The translations under genes were made by a program, and so were the position numbers. A model generated the notes under the pieces. The model saw only the letters and a list, made by a program, of their open reading frames with translations, did not search any database and was not told the DNA's origin. DNA of 61,507 nt, the filler included. It is 4 parts of 4 records of this genome, joined end to end, with 100 filler letters (N's around TTAATTAATTAA, not from the genome) between each part and the next. Parts side by side here need not be neighbours in the genome. Positions count along the whole stretch, not along the records: positions 40,212 to 54,064 come from SRR20825006_2160; positions 54,165 to 61,507 come from SRR20825006_2161; 2 more parts are not named here. One strand, written 5' to 3'. Positions within the stretch are counted from its first letter, which is position 1. Each line of letters begins with the position of its first letter. Positions 48,460-57,476 of the stretch are shown in pieces.

Positions 48460-48959
48460 GACCTGATCTGCGCTTTGATTTCATTGCGGATATGCAGAAA
48501 AGCACGCTGACCGTGAGGCGCGAATTTGCCGCCGGACGTCCATTGGTGTGGGACTGTTACACCAAGAGCGAACTCCTGGATCAATGGTACGCCCCCAAGC
48601 CGTTGATCACGAAGACCAAGTCTTTCGATTTCAGCGAGGGCGGCCACTGGCACTTCGCCATGATCGACCCGAACGGCACACATTATTGGAGCCGCACGGA
48701 CTACGAAACGATCACCCCCATTGACGGCTACACAGGGTATGACGCCTTCACCGACGAGACGGGCGTGGTGAATCCCGATCTGCCCCGCTCACATGTGAAT
48801 ATGGCCTTCACGGACAAGGGCGAGCACACACTCGTTGAAACGCTCGTTGCCTATAAATCGGCCGAAGACCTGCAAGTGGTCATCGATATGGGCATGCAGG
48901 AAGGTTTGGCTTCGACACTCGAACGGCTGGACGCGTTGCTTGTGACGCTGGCTGTATAA
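48456..48959 (+). CDS. SRPBCC/AHSA1 domain protein
   Basis: RREFAAGRPLVWDCYT, QWYAP and GMQEG; ATGA overlap with arsR. Confidence 0.9.
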   Translation: MRPDLRFDFIADMQKSTLTVRREFAAGRPLVWDCYTKSELLDQWYAPKPLITKTKSFDFSEGGHWHFAMIDPNGTHYWSRTDYETITPIDGYTGYDAFTDETGVVNPDLPRSHVNMAFTDKGEHTLVETLVAYKSAEDLQVVIDMGMQEGLASTLERLDALLVTLAV

Positions 48960-48982
48960 TCAAGGGGGCATGGGGGCAGGCT

Positions 48983-49006
48983 ATTAGGGGGTACGTGCCC
49001 CCTAAT
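48983..49006. terminator. Palindrome between convergent genes
   Basis: ATTAGGGGGTACGTGCCCCCTAAT. Confidence 0.5.
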
Positions 49007-49017
49007 TTCCGGATCCC

Positions 49018-50016
49018 TTAGTCCTTCGGTTTGAAATATTCAGGCAGCTCCGAGACCAGCGCCGCGCGAATACGGTCGCGCACGGGGACCGCGGGATCGG
49101 TGCGATCGAATTCCAGGCCGGTCAGTTGCTCGTAGAGGCTGACATACTTGTCGCTGAAGGCGATCAGGGTGTCGGCGGGGATTTCCGGAATGGGGTCCTT
49201 GTAGGGATCGCACTGACCGGCAATCCACAGGCGCAGGAATTCCTTGTCCAGACTGTCCGGCTCCGCACCAGCCGCGAATTTCTGCTCGTAGCTGTCGGCG
49301 CGCCAGTATCGGCTCGAATCCGGGGTGTGAATCTCATCGGCGATTGTGATTGTGCCGTTCTCGTCGATGCCGAATTCGTATTTTGTATCGACGAGAATGA
49401 GCCCCTGTTTGGCGGCAAGTTCCTGCCCGCGTGCGAACAGCGCCAGACTTTTCTCCGCCAGCTCGCGCCACTGCTCGGGCGTTACGAGCCGGGTTTCGAG
49501 AATTTCCGCTTCCGTGATCGGCGCGTCATGCCCGCCGCCGGTGGGCTTCGTCGTCGGCGTGATGATGGTCTCGGCGAGTTTCTGGTTCTTCTTCATGCCG
49601 TCGGGAAGCTGATGGCCATAGATGACCCGCTCGCCCCGCTCATACATGGTCCAGGCGCTGGTATTGGTGGAGCCGGTGAGATAGGCCCGCACCACGATCT
49701 CGATCGGCACCATCTCGAGATCCTTGCACAGAACCACATTCGGGTCCGGGTAGGAGATCACATGGTTCGGGCAGATATCGCCGGTGTGATCGAACCAGTA
49801 GCGCGCCGTCTGGGTCAGTACCTGCCCCTTGTACGGCACGGCCGCCAGAACCTGATCGAACGCGGATTGCCGGTCGGTCGCGATCAGCAGCCGCCGCCGG
49901 TCCGGCAATTTGTAGGCATCCCGCACCTTGCCACGGACGAAACCGGGCAGCTCGGGGAATTCCGCGTCGGTAAGACAATTGTCGAGAAGCTGTGTGGTGG
50001 CCGTCTGCGGCGCCAT
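49018..50016 (-). CDS. purC: SAICAR synthetase
   Basis: GKVRD, DRQSAFD, KGQVL, TPTTK, LVDTKYEFG and DEIHTPDSSR; true start MAPQT at 50016. Confidence 0.96.
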   Translation of the reverse strand: MAPQTATTQLLDNCLTDAEFPELPGFVRGKVRDAYKLPDRRRLLIATDRQSAFDQVLAAVPYKGQVLTQTARYWFDHTGDICPNHVISYPDPNVVLCKDLEMVPIEIVVRAYLTGSTNTSAWTMYERGERVIYGHQLPDGMKKNQKLAETIITPTTKPTGGGHDAPITEAEILETRLVTPEQWRELAEKSLALFARGQELAAKQGLILVDTKYEFGIDENGTITIADEIHTPDSSRYWRADSYEQKFAAGAEPDSLDKEFLRLWIAGQCDPYKDPIPEIPADTLIAFSDKYVSLYEQLTGLEFDRTDPAVPVRDRIRAALVSELPEYFKPKD

Positions 50017-50128
50017 GGAGCGATATCCTGTGAACGGTAATCTGAATGCGGCGACACGATAGCGCCTTCGCGCTCGGGTGCAATGGTGGCTTTGGACAGG
50101 ATAACGATTGGACGCGTTCGCTCGGTAT

Positions 50129-50428
50129 TTACCCGGCCTTCTGTAGTGTCGGGATTTGCTCGATGATATCGGCCAGATCCCTCTCTGCCTGTGCAATGTC
50201 CCATTGAGACTGGAGGTTGACCCAGATCGTGGGGCCGTTACCGCAGAGCTTGCCGAGCCTCACCGCCATCTGGGCGGTCACAGGGGCTTTCTCGCTCAGG
50301 ATGTCGTAGAGCGTCTGCCGCGAGATCTTCAGGTTCTCTGCCAGTCTGGTTTTGCTGACGCCAAGCGCGGGCAGGATCTGGTCACGCAACAGCGCGCCGG
50401 GGTGCATCGGGGGGAGACCGTGAAGCAT
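50129..50428 (-). CDS. higA: HigA-family antitoxin
   Basis: PMHPGALL, LKISRQTL, TAQMAVRLGK and WVNLQ; TGATG overlap with the toxin. Confidence 0.9.
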   Translation of the reverse strand: MLHGLPPMHPGALLRDQILPALGVSKTRLAENLKISRQTLYDILSEKAPVTAQMAVRLGKLCGNGPTIWVNLQSQWDIAQAERDLADIIEQIPTLQKAG

Positions 50429-50709
50429 CAGTGATAATCCTCCAGTTTGACATTGGCGGCGCCCGCGTCCCATTCGAAGGTGAGGCGCCAGTTGCCGGTG
50501 ATGCGAACACTGTATGTGCCCCTGCGGTTGCCGGTCAGCTCGTGGAAATGGAAACCTGGCAGGTTCATGTCTTTCGGCTGTGACGCGGCATTCAGGGTTT
50601 GAAGCATCTGCACGAGCCTGATTTGGGCGGCGCCCTGAACCGGCAATTTTGCGCCTTTTCCTGTGGCGGCGAACTGCTTGAGGCCCTTGTGAGCGATGCT
50701 CTTGATCAT
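50428..50709 (-). CDS. higB: HigB-family (RelE/ParE) toxin
   Basis: MIKSIAHKGLK, FHELTGNRRGTYSVRITGNWRLTF and EDYH. Confidence 0.93.
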   Translation of the reverse strand: MIKSIAHKGLKQFAATGKGAKLPVQGAAQIRLVQMLQTLNAASQPKDMNLPGFHFHELTGNRRGTYSVRITGNWRLTFEWDAGAANVKLEDYH

Positions 50710-50860
50710 GGAGAAATGTAAAGTAGTTCCTTACAGGCGTCAAGCGTTGGCTTACGCCGATTTGTGCTCTGGCGGCGGGAAGAGATATGGCCCGATACGG
50801 AACGCGGTTTGATATGGGGGCGTGCGATTGATCCAATTGCCGTGAGTCATGCGCTTAAAA

Positions 50861-51124
50861 TTAAGTCGCGTGTCCCCTTATTTCTGTGAATGGTGGGGTT
50901 TGCGGGATGGGGGCTGGTGAGACTGGGCAGGGTGTCGAATTAAGTATTGCGTTGCTTAGTTCATTGGCCACCCCATTTGTCATCCCGTCGAAGGACGGGA
51001 CCCAGGGATCATAAAGCGCCGCCCGCCATCCCCTGGGCCCCGGCCTCCGCCGGGGTGACGTCGCGAGTTGGGGGCAAAATAAGTATCGTGTCCCCATAAT
51101 CGAAGTCGCGTGTCCCCATAATCG
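50861..51124. repeat. Cluster of AAGTnnCGTGTCCCC repeats plus a GTCATCCCG-type REP doublet
   Basis: TGTCCCC at 50871, 51089 and 51111 (22-nt near-tandem duplication 51081-51124); inverted REP pair 50979-51059. Confidence 0.75.
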
Positions 51125-51126
51125 AT

Positions 51127-51639
51127 CTATTGAACATGCGCATAGTTTTCTCTTAGGAAGTCCAAGATTTCTTGTTTACAGGCTAGAAAATTCTTCATCT
51201 TAGGCGACAAGAAAGTCAGTTCAGCTTCAATGTGAACAACTTTGGTTGGTCCAATATCATGCGCAAGAGAGTTCCGTAAATCTCGTGCAGATCGTACATG
51301 TGTTGGAGAGTGGGTGGCTAGCGCGGCTTGCTCGTTGTACGCAGCAAAAATGTAATCCAAATCTACATCGGTGACAGTGAGGCCCAGTATCTTTGTGGCT
51401 TGTTTAATCTCCGTCAGATTTAATTTTCGTTTGTAAGCGTCCGGTGCGGACTCCGACCTAGAAATCCCCACAATTGCTAGCGCTAACTTTTCGCATGTGA
51501 ACATGTTGGAAATAAAGGCGGCGACAGGCGGAAAATTTTGAGCGTCCATCTTATCTAGGGCTCGATCCACGTCTTCAATCCGGCGGTAGTAGCTACCTTT
51601 TCGCTTGGGGTCCGGCTTGAATGTCCCATCAATGGCCAT
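51127..51639 (-). CDS. Hypothetical protein with HEPN-like Rx4H motif
   Basis: ARDLRNSLAHD and upstream FTCEKL helix; visibly lower GC than the contig. Confidence 0.6.
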   Translation of the reverse strand: MAIDGTFKPDPKRKGSYYRRIEDVDRALDKMDAQNFPPVAAFISNMFTCEKLALAIVGISRSESAPDAYKRKLNLTEIKQATKILGLTVTDVDLDYIFAAYNEQAALATHSPTHVRSARDLRNSLAHDIGPTKVVHIEAELTFLSPKMKNFLACKQEILDFLRENYAHVQ

Positions 51640-51775
51640 GTCTGCCCCCCTCGTGAGTGCCTCTATGGATGTAATCTCTTGAGTTCTGTGTGGTGCATTT
51701 ATACTGCTAGTAATGGATGTTTTGGAGGGGCTATTCGCGATTTTATAGAAGAAAATGATTTTGCTTTATGTGGCG

Positions 51776-51944
51776 GTCATCCCGGGCCTGACCCGGGATC
51801 TCATGGTGGGGTGTGAGGATAGAAAAAAACCACGGAATTAAGGGGACAGGAATTAAGGGGACACACGATCTAATTAGATATTCCCAAGGCTACGGCCTTT
51901 ATTCTCACTGGACCTATTAACCGGCTTAATTAGTCGGCGTCCCC
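51776..51944. repeat. REP copy and GGGGACA repeats
   Basis: GTCATCCCGGGCCTGACCCGGGATC (51776-51800); GGAATTAAGGGGACA exact tandem (51834-51863); CGTCCCC at 51938. Confidence 0.75.
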
Positions 51945-51994
51945 TCAATCCCCTCGGTCAATTCCCGGCTGAATTCGGCTCGTGCCGGCGCGTT

Positions 51995-52381
51995 CTAGTT
52001 CAGGTTCTCACAATCCGTCGGCCCGGTTCCCCAACTCATTCCGGCTTTCTGGCCATTCTTTCTCTTGAGGTTGGCGCATTGCCGCTTGGTGTATTCGCCC
52101 TGCCACTTCCCGTCGTCCGGGCAATTGTGGTGGAAATAACAGGTTTCCTTCGCCTTCGCGATGACGATACGGCCGTCATTCTGCGCCAGGACGCAGCGGC
52201 CCAGTCCCGCATCCGAAAGGCTGGAGCTATTCTGGACGCTGGCACCTGACAGGCAATTCAGCGTCAGGTCCGAAGCTTGTCCAGCATATGCTGCAGGAGC
52301 AGCAAGGCTGGTCATTGATGCCAAAAGCAAAGCCGCAACGGCCGCTTTCGCAGATTGGTGGCGCATGATCTGAAATGACAT
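51995..52381 (-). CDS. Small secreted Cys-rich protein
   Basis: Signal peptide ending AYA; six Cys in the mature part; start uncertain. Confidence 0.6.
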   Translation of the reverse strand: MSFQIMRHQSAKAAVAALLLASMTSLAAPAAYAGQASDLTLNCLSGASVQNSSSLSDAGLGRCVLAQNDGRIVIAKAKETCYFHHNCPDDGKWQGEYTKRQCANLKRKNGQKAGMSWGTGPTDCENLN

Positions 52382-52446
52382 CACTAAGTCCTCGTCTGTT
52401 GATGTGAGAACAAGAGACGAATGACAGGGCAATTATGTGAAGAATC

Positions 52447-52478
52447 AAAAGAGCGGGTGACCAACGTCGCCCGCTCTT
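52447..52478 (-). terminator. Rho-independent terminator of htpG
   Basis: AAGAGCGGGTGAC / GTCGCCCGCTCTT stem with T run on the minus strand. Confidence 0.75.
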
Positions 52479-52509
52479 CTTGGCTCGGTTTCAAAAGTCG
52501 GAAGCAGCC

Positions 52510-54064
52510 TTAAACCGCCAGCCCCCGCTCCATTGCCATCGCCAGTCGCCGGGCGAAGGCTTTCGGGTCCGGGATGGTTTCGCCTTCCATGATCCGGGCC
52601 TGGTCGAGCAGCAGGTGGGCGGCGTCGTCGAGTTCCTGGCCGGTCTTGCCGTCCTTCACCCGCTTGGCCAGTGCCTTGATCACCGCGTGCTTGGTGTTGA
52701 CTTCCAGAACGCGCGGCACGGCGTTGTCGAGCTGTTTGTGCTGGCGCAGCAGGCGCTCGAGGTTGATGTCCATGTCGCCGTCATCGGCGATCAGGCAGAC
52801 CGGGCTGTCGGTCAGGCGGGTGGATTCCCGGACGTCCTTCACGGTCTCGCCGAGGGCCAGTTTGAGGGAGGCGAGCAGCGGCGCGATATCGGCGGATGCT
52901 TTCTCCTCGTTCTTCTTGTCCTCGGCCTTGTCTTCTTCCGTCTTGTCCCCGTCGGCGCCCTTGACGGCGTCGAGATCGGCGGAGCCGCGGGTGATCGACT
53001 TGAAGTCCTTGCCTTCATAGCCGCCAAACATCGCCTGGATCCAGAAATCGTCGATCGGATCGGACAGCAGCAGAACTTCCACGCCCTTGGCCTTGAAGCC
53101 TTCGATATGCGGGGAGTTCAGCAATGCTTCCTTGCTGTCGCCGATGATGTAGTAGATGGCCTCCTGGCCTTCCTTCATCCGCTCCGTGTATTCGGCGAGA
53201 CTGACCAGCTTGTCGCTCTCCGTCGTGTGGAAGCGGATCAGGGACAGCAGGGTTTCCTTGTGGTCGCCGGTATCGGAATAGAGGCCTTCCTTCATTACCG
53301 CGCCGAAGGCGTCCCAGAACTTGGCGTATTCCTCCGGCTCCTTGTCGGCCTTCTTGCCGAGCTCGGAGAGCACACGCTTGGTCACGGCGGAGGAGATCTT
53401 CTGCAGCACCGGATTGCGTTGCAGCAGCTCCCGGCTGACATTGAGCGGCAGGTCCTCGCAATCGATCACGCCGCGCAGGAAACGCAGATATTCCGGCACC
53501 AGCCCTTCGCAATCGTCGGTGATGAAGACCCGCTTAACATAGAGCTTCACCTTGTTCTTCCGCTCCGGGTGGAACAGGTCGAACGGGCGCTGGGTCGGCA
53601 CATAGAGCAGGGAGCTGTATTCGATCACGCCCTCCGCTTTCCAGTGCATGGTCAGCCAGGGATCGTCGAACGCATGGGCCGCGTGCTTGTAGAACTCTCC
53701 ATACTGCTCCGGCGTGATGTCGCTCTTGGAGCGGGTCCAGAGGGCGGAAGCCTCGTTCAGCGGGCGCTCTTCGACCTCCCCGTCCTTGGTCTCCACGAAC
53801 AGGATCGGCACCGGGATATGATCGGAATAGCGCTTCACGATGTGCTGCAGGCGCTGCTCCTCGAGAAATTCGAGCGCGTCGTCCTTCAGGTGCATGGTGA
53901 TGATGGTGCCGCGATTGGCCTTCTCGGCATCCGCGATGGTGTATTCGCCGAGACCGTCCGAGCTCCAGAGATGGGCCTTGTCCTCGCCGGCGCGGCGGGT
54001 CAGCACCTCAAGCTTGTCCGAGACCATGAAGGCCGAATAGAAACCGACGCCGAACTGACCGATC
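52510..54064 (-). CDS. htpG: Chaperone HtpG (Hsp90), 5' truncated
   Basis: IGQFGVGFYSAFMV at the contig edge, KLYVKRVFI, LPLNVSRELLQ and SPHIEGF. Confidence 0.97.
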
Positions 54065-54164
54065 NNNNNNNNNNNNNNNNNNNNNNNNNNNNNNNNNNNN
54101 NNNNNNNNTTAATTAATTAANNNNNNNNNNNNNNNNNNNNNNNNNNNNNNNNNNNNNNNNNNNN
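54065..54164. other. Artificial contig spacer
   Basis: N-run, TTAATTAATTAA, N-run. Confidence 0.98.
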
Positions 54165-54251
54165 GCTCGTGATTTTTCGGCCCCTTCGGTTCGCGCGCCG
54201 CCATGGCGCGCGTCACTTATCTATCCCCGATAGAAGCGATGGTGGGCGTTC

Positions 54252-54827
54252 TCACCTGTAGGAGACGCCCCAATTTCCAACCCCTTCGGTGCGAGAGGCG
54301 CGCGAGTATCGCGAGGAGTGATTCGAGCGACGGTCGGTCGCTTTCTCGGTCGCGCTCACGCGCTCTCGGGGTTGCGAATCCTCGTTGCCAAGCTCGAAGT
54401 AGTGCCCGGCGACCTCCTGCTTAAACTTCTCATCCTCGCGGCGCTTGATGAAGTAGTTGCCGATCTGCTTGCGCGCCTGGTCCGAATAAACCTTGGCCAC
54501 CAACAGCGTGGCGCCGTCGAGCAGGTTGGCCATGATCCAATCGACCTGCTGCTCGTCGAGCGCCCCGCCGGAGATGGACGCCCTCAGGTTATCGGGCTCG
54601 AGTTCGGTGACGAGAGCCGCGAGCGCCGGGCGAAAGCGCAGGTTTCGCGCGCACTCCCCGAAGGCAAAGACGCGCACATCAGAGGGGTGGAGGCCGTGCT
54701 CATCGAGGAGACCGCGCACGGTCGAGTCGATGATGCTGTGATCGCGCAAGACCTGAATAATGCTCCCCACAGGGGTCTCATCGGTTCGGGGCGATGGCGT
54801 TGTATGTCGTTGTTGCTGTGTACTCAT
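54252..54827 (-). CDS. Hypothetical protein
   Basis: 191-aa ORF with AAGGAG SD; no recognised motif. Confidence 0.6.
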   Translation of the reverse strand: MSTQQQRHTTPSPRTDETPVGSIIQVLRDHSIIDSTVRGLLDEHGLHPSDVRVFAFGECARNLRFRPALAALVTELEPDNLRASISGGALDEQQVDWIMANLLDGATLLVAKVYSDQARKQIGNYFIKRREDEKFKQEVAGHYFELGNEDSQPRERVSATEKATDRRSNHSSRYSRASRTEGVGNWGVSYR

Positions 54828-54933
54828 GATCAGGCTCCTTGTCTGGAGTTACGCTGAAGGAGCGCGTCCACGCCGCGCTTCCTCACACAACTGATCATAA
54901 CCCCCTGCAATCACACATCAAACGAGCGCCAAA

Positions 54934-55845
54934 TCAGAGACTCCACTCGCCAGAGGTGCTCTGCCCCGCGAAGTCGAGCTCGCGCGATGGCATCGGGGCT
55001 CTGCGCTGCCTGGATGGGCGCGCCTGCACATCCTCTCTCATCGGCTCGACGCGGATGCGATCGCGGCCATCGTGTTTGGCCTCGTAGAGCGCTATATCGG
55101 CGCGATCAAAGAGCTCCTGTGGTTCGCTGGCGAGCCCGAAACCAGACGACGCGACGCCGCCGCTGACGGTGACCCCGAAGACCCCGTCCTTTCCTTCGAA
55201 CCTGCGCGCAGCGAGCGCACGCCGAATACGCTCGGCGGCGCGCTCGGCATCCCTGGCGGTCGCGCCGGGCATCAGGAGCGCGAACTCCTCTCCGCCGACG
55301 CGCGCGGCGACCTCTCCGGCGCGCACCTCATCAGCGAGCGCCTGCGCGATCCCTTCGAGGACGCGGTCACCGACGGCGTGGCCGTGCGTGTCGTTGATCT
55401 CCTTGAAGTGATCCAGGTCGAACAAGACCAGTGATACGAGCTGCTGATCCCTCACCGAGCGCGCGATCGCGTCCTCGAAGCTCTGCCAGAAGTAGCGCGC
55501 GTTGCGAAGATCCGTCAGGCCATCGGTGTAAGAGAGGTAGTGCAAGCGAGCGTTGAGCTGCTCGAGGTTTCGCTCCCTCAAGCCGACCACGATCCCGAAG
55601 ACGATCATCGAGAGCGAAGCGCCCACGAGCATATAGAGGTAGAGCACCCAGGATCGCTGGAGCTCGGCCAGGAGGACGAAGCTATCGACGGTCAGCGACC
55701 TCAACAGCAACCAGCCGAGCGGCGCGAGCGTCGCGAGCGCCAACCCCTGCAGGACGCGACGCCGGACGCAACAGCACCCTTTGTGCGAATCGCCGCACAC
55801 CCAGCGGGCGTCCGACGTATCCTTCGAGGTTTTCGGTGACATCAT
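54934..55845 (-). CDS. Membrane-anchored diguanylate cyclase
   Basis: Two TM helices, DGLT, DLDHFKEINDTHGH, RVGGEEF and ADIALYEAK. Confidence 0.93.
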   Translation of the reverse strand: MMSPKTSKDTSDARWVCGDSHKGCCCVRRRVLQGLALATLAPLGWLLLRSLTVDSFVLLAELQRSWVLYLYMLVGASLSMIVFGIVVGLRERNLEQLNARLHYLSYTDGLTDLRNARYFWQSFEDAIARSVRDQQLVSLVLFDLDHFKEINDTHGHAVGDRVLEGIAQALADEVRAGEVAARVGGEEFALLMPGATARDAERAAERIRRALAARRFEGKDGVFGVTVSGGVASSGFGLASEPQELFDRADIALYEAKHDGRDRIRVEPMREDVQARPSRQRRAPMPSRELDFAGQSTSGEWSL

Positions 55846-56157
55846 CTCTCCTTCGGTTGCCCCTGTACGCTCGGGACACACACGCGTTCTCTGTCTTGCT
55901 GTGAACACCTTCCAAAACCAGAGGTTTCACAGCTTCGAGTTTGGGGCTTCGCGCGTGCATTTCTTTCACCATCCATGGCATCAGGTGGATTCCACCTGTT
56001 AAAACTCACTCCGTTGTCCGTCCCTCGAGGATCGCCTCACGTCGCGATCCTCACCTACTTAACAACTCACTCCATCGTTTTCTGCCCGAAGCGATGCATT
56101 GGCGTGGAGAACCCTCTGCTTTTGTGCGCGGAAGCCACCGTGAAACGCACCGCCATC

Positions 56158-56221
56158 GTGTAGTTTTTACACAATAATGCTTGAACATCCAAAATGCGCG
56201 CTTAAAGTGTCAACATGACAC
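56158..56221 (+). promoter_or_regulatory. Sigma70-like promoter bracketed by two GT-N7-AC palindromes (NrtR-like operators)
   Basis: GTGTA-N5-TACAC (56158-56172), TTGAAC (56181-56186), TAAAGT (56203-56208), GTGTC-N5-GACAC (56207-56221). Confidence 0.6.
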
Positions 56222-56268
56222 AAAGCATCACGTGACACGATGCGAGCCGACACAGGGAGACCACGACC

Positions 56269-57396
56269 ATGACAAACGCGAGCCACGACCTCGATTCGAT
56301 CAAGCGCATGTTGGAGGAAGCCCACTGCCTCGAGGACATCTTTGGCGTCCCGGCAAACCCGCAGGACCTCCACCACCCCACCCTCGTCGGCGTCCACATT
56401 CGCGACAAATGGCGCTCGCTCGCGCAGGTGGTGCACCCGGACCGCTTCGAGGAAGGCGCGCCGAGAGAGCAGGCAGACCAGGTCTGCGCGCTGCTCAACA
56501 GCCTCTACGAGCGCGCCGTCGACAGCGTCGATGCGGGTATCTACGGCAACCGAGAGCCGCTCTTCGAATCGAGCGCCACCATCCTGCGCACGCTCCGCTC
56601 CCGCTATCACATCAAGGACGTGCTCGCCCGAGGAGACGTCGCGACGCTCTACAGGGCGCGCAGCGAGAAAGATGGCTGCGAGGTGCTCCTCAAGATGGCC
56701 GGTGACAAGCGCGATGGGGACTTGATGCTCAGGGAGGCAGACGCGCTGGCGCGATTGCACCGCGATGAATCACCGCAGCGCAAGCACTTCCCCGAGTGCC
56801 TCGACTCGTTCAAGTCCCCCGAGCACGAGCGCGGGAACATCATCACCTACTTCGAGGGCGCCATCGACCTCGTGGAGCTCCGCGCGCACTTCCCGAGCGG
56901 GCTGATGCCCGTGCACGCGGTCTGGGTCCTTCGGCGCGCGCTGAGCGCGCTCGGCTGGGCACATCATCAAGGCGTGGTGCATGGCAACATCTGCCCCGAA
57001 CACATCATGGTGCGTCCCGAGGATCACAACGTCTGGCTCGTCGACTGGTGCTACGCCTGCATCGACCCGGCCAAAACTCGCCAGGGCTTTGTCAGCCTGA
57101 ACCCGGAGTACAGCCCTCCCGAGGTCTCGCAGCGCAAACCACCACTCCCGGCGTCAGACATCTACGCGCTCGGGAAATCACTGGTCTATCTGCTCGGCGG
57201 AGACCCGACAGACGCATCCTCGCTTCCAGCGGAGGTCCCCGACAAACTCGCCAGGTTGCTGCGTTTCATGACGCTCGCCAGCCCGCTGGGGCGAGCACAG
57301 GACGCCTGGGAGCTCTACCACACGCTCGAGGGCATTCGAGACGAGTGCTTTGGCAAGCACCGCTTTCGGGAGCTGCGCCTGCCAAGCCCGAGCTGA
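56269..57396 (+). CDS. J-domain-like plus Ser/Thr kinase-like (probable pseudokinase) protein
   Basis: WRSLAQVVHPD (HPD); LLKMA, HGNICPEHI, LVDW, PPE and DIYALG. Confidence 0.85.
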   Translation: MTNASHDLDSIKRMLEEAHCLEDIFGVPANPQDLHHPTLVGVHIRDKWRSLAQVVHPDRFEEGAPREQADQVCALLNSLYERAVDSVDAGIYGNREPLFESSATILRTLRSRYHIKDVLARGDVATLYRARSEKDGCEVLLKMAGDKRDGDLMLREADALARLHRDESPQRKHFPECLDSFKSPEHERGNIITYFEGAIDLVELRAHFPSGLMPVHAVWVLRRALSALGWAHHQGVVHGNICPEHIMVRPEDHNVWLVDWCYACIDPAKTRQGFVSLNPEYSPPEVSQRKPPLPASDIYALGKSLVYLLGGDPTDASSLPAEVPDKLARLLRFMTLASPLGRAQDAWELYHTLEGIRDECFGKHRFRELRLPSPS

Positions 57397-57476
57397 CAGA
57401 CAACAGAATCACTCGAACAAGCACGTATTCACACGAAGCGACGCCAGCGCGCGTCGCGAATCAACAGGAGGAAGAT

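Noticed and set aside
50429-50836. N-terminal extension of HigA (235-aa ORF)
   Set aside because: Overlaps higB out of frame; the real start is the TGATG junction at 50428.
50861-51944. CRISPR array
   Set aside because: Repeats are short, irregularly spaced and in both orientations, with no constant-length spacers and no cas genes.
52480-54120. 546-aa plus-strand ORF
   Set aside because: Antisense shadow of htpG that runs into the artificial spacer.
56796-57476. N-terminal extension of the 721-aa ORF
   Set aside because: Overlaps the kinase-like gene in another frame, is Arg/Pro-rich with no motifs, and a strong SD precedes ATG 57477.
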